Shown here: positions 1 through 8,489 of the stretch, one piece after another | Layout: every line of letters starts with the position of its first letter | How positions within the stretch are numbered: the stretch's first letter is position 1 | NCBI GenBank assembly: GCA_944388725.1 | Contig: CALXJW010000002.1 | Span: forward strand, 1-39,707 | Source of the DNA: an uncultured Clostridia bacterium | GTDB lineage: Bacteria; Bacillota; Clostridia; TANB77; CAG-508 | DNA: 39,707 nucleotides | Direction: 5' to 3' | Notes under the pieces: model-generated | What the model was told of the DNA's origin: nothing | What the model saw: the letters and a program-made list of their open reading frames with translations, nothing else | Database searches by the model: none | Translations under genes and position numbers: made by a program

Positions 1-60
1 TTTTTTATTGACTAATTTTTGGTAAATTGCTATTATTTAAATATGAAAGGTAGTGATTAT

Positions 61-1257
61 ATGAAAGATTCTTTTAAATTAGTTTCGGCAAATCCTAATA
101 ATATCAAATGGAATAATATAATTTCTAGAGTATCTCCTTTATATACTAGAAAAAATGATGTTCGCTCTGAATTCGAAAGAGATTTTAATAGAATTCTACA
201 TAGTAATGCATATAGAAGACTAAAGCATAAAACTCAAGTATTTTTTTCTCCTCAAAATGATCATATTTGTACTCGTATAGAACATGTAAATCTTGTTGAA
301 TCAATTAGTTATACTTTAGCTCACTATTTTGGATTAAATGAAGAGCTTACAAGAGCTATTGCTCTTTCACATGATTTAGGTCATGCTCCTTTTGGTCACA
401 AAGGAGAAAAAGTTTTAAATGAAATTTGTAAAAGAGATTTAAACACTTCTTTTTGGCATGAAAAAAATGGTTTGTATTTTGTGGATAATATTGAACTATT
501 AGAAGATTATGAAGGATATAAACAAAATTTAAATTTAACATATGGTGTAAGAGATGGTATTATTTCTCATTGCGGAGAAATAAATGAAAATTCTATATTT
601 CCTAGAAAGGATTTTATTGATTTGTCAGATTATGAATATCCTAATCAATTTGCTCCATATACTTGGGAAGCTTGTGTTGTTAAAATTGCTGATAAAATTT
701 CATATATTGGTAGAGATATAGAAGATGCTATAACCCTAGGACTTTTAGATGAACATCTAGAAGAATTATATTCATTAATCGGTGTTAGAAATGTTACAAT
801 TAATAATACTGTTATTATTAATAATTTAATCTATGATTTATGTAATAATTCTTCACCAGATAATGGTCTTTGCTTCTCTAATCCATCACTAGAACTTATG
901 AATAAAATTAAAGATTTTAACTATAAGTATATTTATTTTAATGATATTTTAAAACCTTCTGACAATTATTTTTCAGTTGTTATTAATCAAATTTACGATA
1001 CATTAAAAAATTTATATTGTGGTACAAATACTATTTCTATGTTAAATAATTATAAAAAATTTTATCCAACTTTAATTAATGGTTTTATTAATTGGTTTAT
1101 TAATTTTTCAAATATTTCTGATAGATATAAATTAAAAAATAAAATTTTATTTGACATCTCTAATCCTGAAGATTATTATTTTTCTATTATTTGTTACATA
1201 TCAGGTATGACTGATAAATTTGCTATTGATATATATAATGAAATAATAGGTTTTTAG
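61..1257 (+). CDS. dGTPase-like HD-domain deoxynucleoside triphosphate triphosphohydrolase
   Basis: The ORF-track protein carries 'NAYRRLKHKTQVF' and the HD motif 'LSHDLGHAPFGH', typical of the Dgt family. I prefer the ATG at 61, which is preceded by 'aaaggtagtga', over the TTG at 19 or the ATG at 43, which have no RBS. Confidence 0.85.
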   Translation: MKDSFKLVSANPNNIKWNNIISRVSPLYTRKNDVRSEFERDFNRILHSNAYRRLKHKTQVFFSPQNDHICTRIEHVNLVESISYTLAHYFGLNEELTRAIALSHDLGHAPFGHKGEKVLNEICKRDLNTSFWHEKNGLYFVDNIELLEDYEGYKQNLNLTYGVRDGIISHCGEINENSIFPRKDFIDLSDYEYPNQFAPYTWEACVVKIADKISYIGRDIEDAITLGLLDEHLEELYSLIGVRNVTINNTVIINNLIYDLCNNSSPDNGLCFSNPSLELMNKIKDFNYKYIYFNDILKPSDNYFSVVINQIYDTLKNLYCGTNTISMLNNYKKFYPTLINGFINWFINFSNISDRYKLKNKILFDISNPEDYYFSIICYISGMTDKFAIDIYNEIIGF

Positions 1258-1262
1258 ACCTA

Positions 1263-2774
1263 TTATTTTTCATTATTATATATATTCTTAATTTCTAAAT
1301 TTTTTATTGCAGGTTCATAAATATTTATTCCTTTATAATCAAACCTACTTCCATGACAAGGACAGTCCCAAGTCTTATCTAAATTATTCCAACTAAGTAA
1401 ACATCCTAAATGTGTACAATTTGGTTTTACTGCATAAACTTTTCCTTCTATATCTTTATATATTCCAATATTTTCTCCATTGATTTTTATTATAGCTCCA
1501 TTATCATTTTTTATGTTTTCAATACCTTCTGTTTCGACTTTAAATTTATTTAATAATATAGAATTTACACTTTCTTTAATCATATTTTTTTCTTCCCATC
1601 TATTTTTTATTGGTTCAACTCTGGTTGCAGTAAAAATATTTTTATATAGATTTTCTTTTCCTAATATTTCATCTTTAACAATATTAGCAGCAACATTTGA
1701 AAATGCCATCCCCCATTTTTTAAAACCAGTACCCACATAAACATTTTTCATAATATTTGAAAACTCTCCAATATATGGCACCTTATCTAAGCTTATGCAA
1801 TCTCTAGTGTTCCATTTAAATAATACTTGAGCATCTGGATATAATTCTTTTGCCTTTTTTTCAAGTTCTTCATATTTGCAATTATTTTCTATTGGCTCTC
1901 CTGTTTTATGATCACTACCACATATTAATAATATGTGTTCTCCATTATATTCAGCAGTTCTAAAGGAATAAAATGGTTCTTTTACATTTATATACATATC
2001 TTGTGGTAATTTTTGATTCGTTTTTATTGCTACTACATATGAAGTTGATTGATACATTTTGGTAAAATATAAACCAGGTAAATTTTTTATCGGGTAGTGT
2101 GTTGCTATCACTACATATTTAGCAGTAATTATTCCTTTGTCTGTAATAACATTATAATTTTCTCCATTTTTCTTTATGTCTAAAGCTGTTGTATATTCAT
2201 ATATTTTATTCTCTTTTAAAATACTTTCACAAAGTCCATACATATATTTTCTTGGATGAAATTGTGCTTGACCTTTAAATTCTATAGCACCTTCTATTTT
2301 AAATGGTAAATCTATCTTATTTACAAATTTAGCATCTTTCCCTAGTTTATTTACCGCTTGTACTTCTTTTTCTATTTCAATTGCTTCTTCTTGTTTTGTT
2401 GTATATACATATGAGTTTTTTTCTGCTAATTCACAGTGTATATTTTCTTGTTTTATTATTTGTTTAATACTGTTTATTGCTTCCTCGTTTGCTTCTAAAT
2501 ATTTTTTGGCATATTCTTCTCCAAAATCACTTATTAAATGATTATAAAATAAACCATGTTGACTTGTAATTTTTCCAGTTGTATTTCCACTTACTTTTTC
2601 TCCTATTTTACCTTTTTCTATTACTATTACTTTTTTTCCTTCTTTAGACAAATAGTAAGCTGTCGTTAGTCCAAATAACCCTGCACCTATAACACAAATT
2701 TCTGTTTTTTCATCCTTTTCTAAAACATTTAATGGTTTTCTATCTTTTGTTGTTTCTATCCATAATGAATCCAT
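1263..2774 (-). CDS. FAD-dependent oxidoreductase fused to a C-terminal Rieske [2Fe-2S] domain (YhfW-like)
   Basis: N-terminal dinucleotide fold 'VIGAGLFGLTTAYYL'. C-terminal Rieske ligands 'CTHLGC...CPCHGS'. The start is moved to the internal Met 'MDSLWIE' at 2774, which is preceded by 'aaggagga'. The 31 upstream codons in the ORF track look like read-through. Confidence 0.85.
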   Translation of the reverse strand: MDSLWIETTKDRKPLNVLEKDEKTEICVIGAGLFGLTTAYYLSKEGKKVIVIEKGKIGEKVSGNTTGKITSQHGLFYNHLISDFGEEYAKKYLEANEEAINSIKQIIKQENIHCELAEKNSYVYTTKQEEAIEIEKEVQAVNKLGKDAKFVNKIDLPFKIEGAIEFKGQAQFHPRKYMYGLCESILKENKIYEYTTALDIKKNGENYNVITDKGIITAKYVVIATHYPIKNLPGLYFTKMYQSTSYVVAIKTNQKLPQDMYINVKEPFYSFRTAEYNGEHILLICGSDHKTGEPIENNCKYEELEKKAKELYPDAQVLFKWNTRDCISLDKVPYIGEFSNIMKNVYVGTGFKKWGMAFSNVAANIVKDEILGKENLYKNIFTATRVEPIKNRWEEKNMIKESVNSILLNKFKVETEGIENIKNDNGAIIKINGENIGIYKDIEGKVYAVKPNCTHLGCLLSWNNLDKTWDCPCHGSRFDYKGINIYEPAIKNLEIKNIYNNEK

Positions 2775-2948
2775 TATAATCCTCCTTGTCATAACAAATT
2801 CATAGCAAAGAAGTTTATTTGGTAATTTTTTACCAAAACAAAGTTCCTTTGATAACATTATTTCCATTTTTTGAATATTTTTTCAAATTTTATAGAAAAA
2901 TATATAAGAAAGTGATATACTACAAAAAAAATACTAGGAGGTTTTTAA

Positions 2949-4343
2949 ATGGAAGAAAATTTAAAAGATAGACTTATGAATAAAAAAGTAGTTGGTTGGG
3001 GAAATGTAAATACTCGTGAAAAAGAAGATATTTTTTCTTTTTGTAATGGATACATTAATTTTTTAAATAAAGCTAAAACAGAAAGAGAAGCTGTCTGTGT
3101 TGCTAAAGAAATTGCAGAATCTAATGGATTTAAAGATATTTCTACTTTTAATTCTTTAAAAAGTGGTGATAAAGTTTATTTTATAAATAGAGATAAAAGC
3201 ATGTATTTAGCTATTATAGGGTCAGAAAAACTAGAACATGGTATCCATATTATTGGCTCACATATTGATTCTCCAAGATTAGATTTGAAACCAAATCCAC
3301 TTTATGAAGATAGTGGTTTTGCTTATTTTAAAACTCACTATTATGGAGGTATAAAAAAATATCAATGGACTACAATACCATTAAGTATTCATGGTGTTAT
3401 TGTAAAAGCCAATGGAGAAAAAATCACTGTAAATATTGGTGAAAGTGATAATGATCCTATTTTTACTATAACAGATTTATTACCTCATTTAGCTCAAGAT
3501 CAAATGGAAAAGAAATTAAAAAATGGTATTGATGGAGAAGATTTAAATCTTTTACTTGGAAGTATTCCATATGATGATAAAGAAAGTGAAAGCATAAAAT
3601 TAAATATTTTAAATATCTTGAATCAAAAATATAATATTACAGAAGCTGATTTCTTAAGTTCTGAACTTGAAATTGTTCCTGCTTTTAAAGCTCGCTCTCT
3701 TGGTTTTGATGCAAGCATGGTAGCTGGATATGGTCAAGATGATAGAGTTTGTGCTTATACTTCTTTATCTGCAATGATGTCTTTAGAAAACGTTAAAAAT
3801 ACTGCTGTTTGTATTCTTTCTGATAAAGAAGAAATTGGTAGTATGGGTAATACTGGTATGGAATCACATATGTTTGATTATTTTATATCAGAATTATTAA
3901 ATAAAACTGGAGAAAATAGAGTTAACTTATTAGATAAAGTTTTCTGTTTTTCAAAAATGCTTTCTTCTGATGTAGACGCAGGTTTTGATCCAATTTATTC
4001 TGGAGTTTCTGATAGAACAAATGCTGCTTTTTTAGGACGTGGTATTGGTTTAAACAAATATACAGGTGCTCGTGGAAAATCTGGTGCATCTGATGCAAAT
4101 GCCGAATATGTTGCTTGGGTTAGAAATTTGTTAGAGTCTAACAATATAAAATATCAAATTTCAGAACTTGGAAAAGTTGATGTCGGTGGTGGCGGAACTA
4201 TTGCTTATATATTAGCTAATAAAGGTGTCGATGTTATTGATTGTGGTGTTCCTGTTCTTTCAATGCATGCTCCTTATGAAGTTACTAGTAAATACGATGT
4301 TTATTCTGCATATAAAACTTATAAAGCTTTTTGGGAAGCATAA
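2949..4343 (+). CDS. M18-family aminopeptidase
   Basis: Motifs 'GSHIDSPRLDLKPNP', 'DKEEIGSMG' and 'LSMHAPYE'. RBS 'aggagg' lies 7 nt upstream of the ATG. Confidence 0.85.
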   Translation: MEENLKDRLMNKKVVGWGNVNTREKEDIFSFCNGYINFLNKAKTEREAVCVAKEIAESNGFKDISTFNSLKSGDKVYFINRDKSMYLAIIGSEKLEHGIHIIGSHIDSPRLDLKPNPLYEDSGFAYFKTHYYGGIKKYQWTTIPLSIHGVIVKANGEKITVNIGESDNDPIFTITDLLPHLAQDQMEKKLKNGIDGEDLNLLLGSIPYDDKESESIKLNILNILNQKYNITEADFLSSELEIVPAFKARSLGFDASMVAGYGQDDRVCAYTSLSAMMSLENVKNTAVCILSDKEEIGSMGNTGMESHMFDYFISELLNKTGENRVNLLDKVFCFSKMLSSDVDAGFDPIYSGVSDRTNAAFLGRGIGLNKYTGARGKSGASDANAEYVAWVRNLLESNNIKYQISELGKVDVGGGGTIAYILANKGVDVIDCGVPVLSMHAPYEVTSKYDVYSAYKTYKAFWEA

Positions 4344-4346
4344 AAT

Positions 4347-4379
4347 AAAAGGGAATTTAAGTTTTCCCTTTTATTTTTT
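4347..4379. terminator. bidirectional intrinsic terminator between the convergent aminopeptidase and nagZ genes
   Basis: Stem AAAAGGGAA (4347-4355) pairs with TTCCCTTTT (4364-4372). There is an A-run on the left and a T-run on the right. Confidence 0.7.
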
Positions 4380-5466
4380 ATATATTACACTTTTTTCTTA
4401 TAGTTTCTATTTCTTTATTGACTTTTTCTATTTCTATTCCTTGAATTTCTTCTGTATCTGAAATTTCATATTTATTTTTTAAATCTATAATTCTTTTAAC
4501 ACTTTTATTTATTCTATTTTCTTTTATTTTACCTTTCTTTACTAATGACATAATTTGCTCTATAACTTCAACTTCTTTTTTACTATTATATCTAAAAACT
4601 ATGATATCATTTCCTGCTTCAAATGCTTTTCTTACTGATAATTTCGTTCCATATAATACTTTTATAGCTTTCATTTTTAAATCGTCTGTTATTATTACTC
4701 CATTATATCTATATTTCATTCTTAAATATTTTGCTATAAATTTTCTAGATAATGATGCTGGATATATTCCTGTGATATTTTTTATTAATAAATGCCCTAC
4801 AAGTACTACATCAGCTCCATTTTTTATTGCTTGTTCAAATGGATACATATCTTCTTTTTCTAATTTTTCAATTTTTTCGTTAATAACTGGTAAAAAATTA
4901 TGGGAATCTTGTTTAGTTGCTCCATGTCCCGGAAAATGTTTTATTGCTGATATCACTTTATTTTTTTGTAATTCTTTCATGGCCGTAATTCCAAATTTTG
5001 CAACTTCTTCTTTGTCGCTCCCAAAACTTCTATCTCCTATTGCATGATTATTTTCAAATCTTTTAATATCTAATACTGGTGAAAAATTTAAATTAAATCC
5101 TGATTTTCTTAATATTTGGCCTGTAATATTAGCAGATGCTCTTACTAATTCTTCTCCTCCAGTTATTGCAATTTGATTAGCAGATGGTAAATTTTTTATT
5201 TCTCTTGGCATTCTATTTACTCTACCGCCCTCTTGATCTATTGCTATAAAAAGTGGTATTTTATTTTTTCTATTTAAATCTTTTAAATTTTTTATGAGTT
5301 TTAACATATCTTGATATGTATTAAAATTTTTTCTGTATAATATAATTCCTCCTATTTTATATTTTAATATCATATCTTTGATTCTATCTGTTATATAATT
5401 AGTATCCATTCCAATAATAATCATTTGTCCTATTTTTTCTTGTAATGATAGTTCTTTTATATCCAT
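4378..5466 (-). CDS. nagZ: beta-N-acetylhexosaminidase, glycoside hydrolase family 3 (NagZ-like)
   Basis: Motifs 'IDQEGGRVNR' and 'KHFPGHG', with a single-domain GH3 length of 362 aa. Confidence 0.85.
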   Translation of the reverse strand: MDIKELSLQEKIGQMIIIGMDTNYITDRIKDMILKYKIGGIILYRKNFNTYQDMLKLIKNLKDLNRKNKIPLFIAIDQEGGRVNRMPREIKNLPSANQIAITGGEELVRASANITGQILRKSGFNLNFSPVLDIKRFENNHAIGDRSFGSDKEEVAKFGITAMKELQKNKVISAIKHFPGHGATKQDSHNFLPVINEKIEKLEKEDMYPFEQAIKNGADVVLVGHLLIKNITGIYPASLSRKFIAKYLRMKYRYNGVIITDDLKMKAIKVLYGTKLSVRKAFEAGNDIIVFRYNSKKEVEVIEQIMSLVKKGKIKENRINKSVKRIIDLKNKYEISDTEEIQGIEIEKVNKEIETIRKKCNI

Positions 5467-5532
5467 AATTTCCTCTTTACTTAATTAATTTTTTATATAT
5501 TATCATAAATAGATAAAAAATACTATAATTAC

Positions 5533-5564
5533 AAAGAAAAAACTCTGTAATTCATTACAGAGTT
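5533..5564 (-). terminator. intrinsic terminator of tRNA-Arg
   Basis: Stem AACTCTGTAAT (5541-5551) pairs with ATTACAGAGTT (5554-5564). On the minus strand it is followed by a T-run (plus-strand A-run 5535-5540). Confidence 0.7.
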
Positions 5565-5569
5565 TAATA

Positions 5570-5646
<77 letters not shown>

Positions 5647-5665
5647 ATATTCTTGACACCCAAAT

Positions 5666-5694
5666 ATAATAACATAAATATATTCAAATGTCAA
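5666..5694 (-). promoter_or_regulatory. sigma-A type promoter of tRNA-Arg
   Basis: On the minus strand: TTGACA (5689-5694), a 17-nt spacer, then TATTAT (5666-5671). This sits about 20 nt upstream of the tRNA 5' end. Confidence 0.55.
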
Positions 5695-5725
5695 TATTTT
5701 TTCGACTTTTTTTTGTGAAATGAGA

Positions 5726-5765
5726 AACGTTTCTCTTTTGGATATATGTAAAAAAGAGAACCGTC
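5726..5765 (-). terminator. long hairpin downstream of the replication-relaxation-like gene (terminator-like, weak U-tract)
   Basis: Arms 5726-5739 and 5752-5765 pair at 13 of 14 positions with a 12-nt loop. The hairpin contains the 14-bp perfect palindrome GAGAAACGTTTCTC (5722-5735). The downstream minus-strand sequence 'tctcatttcac' is only moderately U-rich. Confidence 0.4.
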
Positions 5766-5791
5766 CCCGATTTACCCAATTTCACTTAATT

Positions 5792-6733
5792 TTACATACC
5801 TAATATTTTTACTTCTACATTATACATTTTATATTTTTTGGTTGCTTCATCGATTTTAAATTCTATTAATGTATTTTCAAGAGTCTCACTATTTTGTCTT
5901 AAGTCAGTTGTAAAGTATAATTTTATTTGTGGTATTTCTACTCGATTTTTAATTATTTCTTTAAAAACCTCTGCCGTATGTTTGTCGTCTTCACAAACCA
6001 AGATTAATTGAGGCATTGAAGAAAATCCTGAGTCTCCTGGTATGAAATTTTCATAAAAATCTTTATACATTGACATTTTATCAACTAATTTTTTTTGCCA
6101 GTCTTCTTCTCTTCTTATAACTTCAAACAAAAATGTAATTGATTTATTATTTTTTGTTAATTTAACAGATCCACCTGTAGCTTTAAATGTTTTCCCTAAA
6201 GATTTTGCTGTGATTGATGGTTTTACTGTGTAATTTTCTAATGCTTTTACTTTTCTTAAATATGCTATTAATGTTTGATTTCCTGCTAATCTCTTTTTTA
6301 TCATTGCAACTGGCTTAACATTATCTGTTGGTTGCCATTTGCATTCTATTTCTTTTGAATTTAATATATATTTTCCCATTTTTTCTAAACAGTATATTCT
6401 ATAAATTCCTTTTCCTTCTTCAGCCGTAAAATAATATCTTGTTAATATTTTTGACTTTATAAGTTGGTCTAATTTGTTGTTTAGTTTATCTTGTGATTTA
6501 GGATCAATTCCTTTTAATTCCAATAATTGGTATAATTGTCTTGATGTTATAAATTCAAATTGGTTTACTAATTCTAATATTGCAAAATGAATGTCTGTTA
6601 TATGTCCTATATTTATTTTGTGTATAATTTGATTCATAGATACATATCCATCTTTTCCGTCAAATGTTTTTATTTCACCTTCTCTAATCGCAAATGGTGA
6701 TACTTGTGCTTTGATTTGGTTATCTTCTACCAT
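5792..6733 (-). CDS. winged-helix protein resembling the replication-relaxation (Replic_Relax) family
   Basis: Good RBS 'aaggagg'. The N-terminal pattern 'ITDIHFAILELVNQFEFITSRQLYQLL' plus 'LDQLIKSKILTRYYF' and 'IYRIYCLEKMGKYIL' resembles the wHTH core of that family. The later 'ITFLFEVIRREED' fits its nuclease-like module. The assignment is from memory of the family pattern only. Confidence 0.45.
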   Translation of the reverse strand: MVEDNQIKAQVSPFAIREGEIKTFDGKDGYVSMNQIIHKINIGHITDIHFAILELVNQFEFITSRQLYQLLELKGIDPKSQDKLNNKLDQLIKSKILTRYYFTAEEGKGIYRIYCLEKMGKYILNSKEIECKWQPTDNVKPVAMIKKRLAGNQTLIAYLRKVKALENYTVKPSITAKSLGKTFKATGGSVKLTKNNKSITFLFEVIRREEDWQKKLVDKMSMYKDFYENFIPGDSGFSSMPQLILVCEDDKHTAEVFKEIIKNRVEIPQIKLYFTTDLRQNSETLENTLIEFKIDEATKKYKMYNVEVKILGM

Positions 6734-6757
6734 ATCAATTCCTCCTTTATAATTTAA

Positions 6758-7213
6758 TTAAACTATAACTAATTTTACTTTTTTCTTGTCAGGTACAATT
6801 TTTTTAATGTACACATCAACATTTTGGCCATATTGTAAACTGTCATTATACTCTGTCATTCCAACAAGATTTGGGGCTAATTCTATAAATATGCCATTTT
6901 TATTTTTCTCAGCATCTCTTACTATGCCTTTAACTGTTGTTCCTTCTTTAAAGTTTTCTATGTTTTCTTCCCAAGTTCCCAAACAGTCTTTATAAGATAA
7001 ATTTATTTTTCCTGTTTCCTCATTTATAGATTTTACCATACATTTTACATGTTGTCCAATATTTAGTCTTTCTTCTGGAGATTTTATTCTTACCACAGAT
7101 AAATCTTCTATAAATGCTAATCCAACTGTTTCATTATCTAGCTTGATAAAAGCTCCATAGGGTTTTATTCCTGTAACTATTCCTTCAACAATTTGGCCTT
7201 TTGTAATTTTCAT
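6758..7213 (-). CDS. S1 RNA-binding domain protein (two S1-like OB repeats)
   Basis: 'GQIVEGIVTGIKPYGAFIKL' is a canonical S1 start. A second repeat begins 'GTTVKGIVRDAEKNKNGIFIEL'. RBS 'aaaaggag'. The gene is 24 nt upstream of the next gene, so the two are probably co-transcribed. Confidence 0.8.
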   Translation of the reverse strand: MKITKGQIVEGIVTGIKPYGAFIKLDNETVGLAFIEDLSVVRIKSPEERLNIGQHVKCMVKSINEETGKINLSYKDCLGTWEENIENFKEGTTVKGIVRDAEKNKNGIFIELAPNLVGMTEYNDSLQYGQNVDVYIKKIVPDKKKVKLVIV

Positions 7214-7242
7214 TTGTTTCTCCTTTTTCTTATGTTTGTTTT

Positions 7243-7271
7243 ATTATATATTTTTTTACATAATTTTTCAA
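7243..7271 (-). promoter_or_regulatory. sigma-A type promoter of the S1 / replication-relaxation-like operon
   Basis: On the minus strand: TTGAAA (7266-7271), a 17-nt spacer, then TATAAT (7243-7248). Confidence 0.5.
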
Positions 7272-7284
7272 TGCATTTTATAAA

Positions 7285-8001
7285 TTATTTTAATATGTTT
7301 TTAATTTCAATTTCTTTTAGATATCTCCATGTTCCTATTTTTATATCTTTTACACTTATATTCCCAATTTTGCTTCTATGTAATGCTAATACTTTTTTAT
7401 CAATTGCTTCACACATTTTTCTTACTTGCCTATTTTTACCCTCATGTATTGTAATCTCTATTCTTGATATGTTTTTTTCTGCATCTGTTTTTAATATTTT
7501 TACTTTTGCAGGTTTGGTCGTATAATCATCAATTTTAACTCCTTTTCGTAGCTGCTCTACTTCCTCATTTTTTATAATACCTTTTATTGTAACAGTATAT
7601 GTCTTGTTTATTTCATGTTTTGGATGAGTAACTTTATATACGAATTCCCCATCATTTGTTAAAATTAATGCTCCTGATGTGTACATATCAAGTCTTCCAA
7701 CAGGCACAATTCGTTCTTTGACTTTTACTAAGTCTAATACTGTGTCTCTATTAAATTGGTCGTTAGCAGTGGTTACATACCCTATTGGTTTATTTAATAA
7801 TATATAAACATATTTTTCTTCTTTTTTTATTTCTTTATTTTCAAATTCTATTTTATCTTTAATTGGGTTTATTTTTGTTCCCAATTCTGTTATTATTTTC
7901 CCATTTATTTTTACTTTTCCTTGTAATATATATTCTTCTGACTTTCTTCTTGATGCAATACCGCATTCTGCCAGATATTTTTGTAATCTTATTTCTTCCA
8001 T
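7285..8001 (-). CDS. rluB: pseudouridine synthase, RsuA/RluB family, with N-terminal S4 domain
   Basis: S4 motif 'LQKYLAECGIASRRKSEEYILQGKVKINGK' and catalytic 'VGRLDMYTSGALILTNDG'. Confidence 0.9.
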   Translation of the reverse strand: MEEIRLQKYLAECGIASRRKSEEYILQGKVKINGKIITELGTKINPIKDKIEFENKEIKKEEKYVYILLNKPIGYVTTANDQFNRDTVLDLVKVKERIVPVGRLDMYTSGALILTNDGEFVYKVTHPKHEINKTYTVTIKGIIKNEEVEQLRKGVKIDDYTTKPAKVKILKTDAEKNISRIEITIHEGKNRQVRKMCEAIDKKVLALHRSKIGNISVKDIKIGTWRYLKEIEIKNILK

Positions 8002-8016
8002 ATTTACCTCTTTTAT

Positions 8017-8045
8017 TTAAAAAGACACGGTGGCTCAACCGTGTT
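8017..8045 (-). terminator. intrinsic terminator of the 56-aa peptide gene
   Basis: Stem ACACGGT (8025-8031) pairs with ACCGTGT (8038-8044) around a 6-nt loop. On the minus strand it is followed by CTTTTT. Confidence 0.7.
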
Positions 8046-8051
8046 TCTAGA

Positions 8052-8222
8052 TTATTCCTCCCGTTTCAGAGGGAAGATTTCTGCTACAATAGCAGTAGCC
8101 GCAATGGCCACAATAGCAGAAGTAGTCCCTGAACAATGAAGCATCTCGGAAAATACAAAATATACCCCAACGCCACTTGAGGCATCGGCTAATAGTTGTA
8201 ATACTAAGAAGACTACTCTCAT
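8052..8222 (-). CDS. 56-aa hydrophobic small protein, below the ORF-track size cutoff: MRVVFLVLQLLADASSGVGVYFVFSEMLHCSGTTSAIVAIAATAIVAEIFPLKREE
   Basis: I translated it by hand, codon by codon. RBS 'aaaggag' lies 8 nt upstream of the ATG at 8222. There are two hydrophobic stretches and a charged tail. The gene has its own consensus promoter and terminator. Confidence 0.5.
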   Translation of the reverse strand: MRVVFLVLQLLADASSGVGVYFVFSEMLHCSGTTSAIVAIAATAIVAEIFPLKREE

Positions 8223-8342
8223 TCTCGTTTCTCCTTTCTCCGCTTTTACAGAAACATTCTATTTCCATAAACGCAAAGTTCAATGCAAAAGCAAATAGTA
8301 TGAGGATGTGAGCCTTCATCCTCTTCAACATGATATGATTAT

Positions 8343-8371
8343 ATTATAGCATTTAACATAATTATTGTCAA
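8343..8371 (-). promoter_or_regulatory. perfect-consensus sigma-A promoter driving the peptide transcript
   Basis: On the minus strand: TTGACA (8366-8371), exactly 17 nt, then TATAAT (8343-8348). This implies a 5' leader of about 110 nt that contains the hairpin GAGGATG/CATCCTC (8302-8323). Confidence 0.6.
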
Positions 8372-8430
8372 TTTTTTATGCTGTTTTTCAAAAAATTCAA
8401 ATTTAAAATAAATAAAACATCATTGAAGTG

Positions 8431-8476
8431 AAAGAACAGAAAAGACTGTTGGTAAATTTTACTCTACCAACAGTCT
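8431..8476 (-). terminator. intrinsic terminator of the Nudix gene
   Basis: A 12-bp stem AGACTGTTGGTA (8443-8454) pairs with TACCAACAGTCT (8465-8476). On the minus strand it is followed by 'tttctgttcttt'. Confidence 0.7.
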
Positions 8477-8489
8477 CTTCATGAGTTCT

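Noticed and set aside
2775-2867. N-terminal extensions proposed by the ORF track: 31 codons here, 36 codons at 11182-11289, and short ones at 19-60, 18670-18687, 30013-30021, 30249-30275 and 39404-39412
   Set aside because: Internal ATG codons with much better RBS spacing exist in every case. The extensions run through promoter-like AT-rich sequence or start at non-ATG codons.
5752-5768. Resemblance of 'gagaaccgtcccc' near the tRNA to the GGACTGTCCCC repeats at 16501/16533, and of 'aacgttccca'/'aacgatcca' at 24757-24799, which might suggest a dispersed repeat family
   Set aside because: Each copy is explained locally as one arm of a terminator-type hairpin. The shared core is only about 7 of 9 nt. 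That is too little to claim a repeat family without a genome-wide count.
8047-8331. Listed 94-aa Cys-rich ORF (MLKRMKAH...CYCGHCGYCYCS...)
   Set aside because: Its ATG lies only about 11 nt downstream of the TATAAT box, so it has neither an RBS nor a true leaderless start. Its sequence looks like an out-of-frame reading of the better-supported 56-aa hydrophobic ORF, which has a proper RBS.
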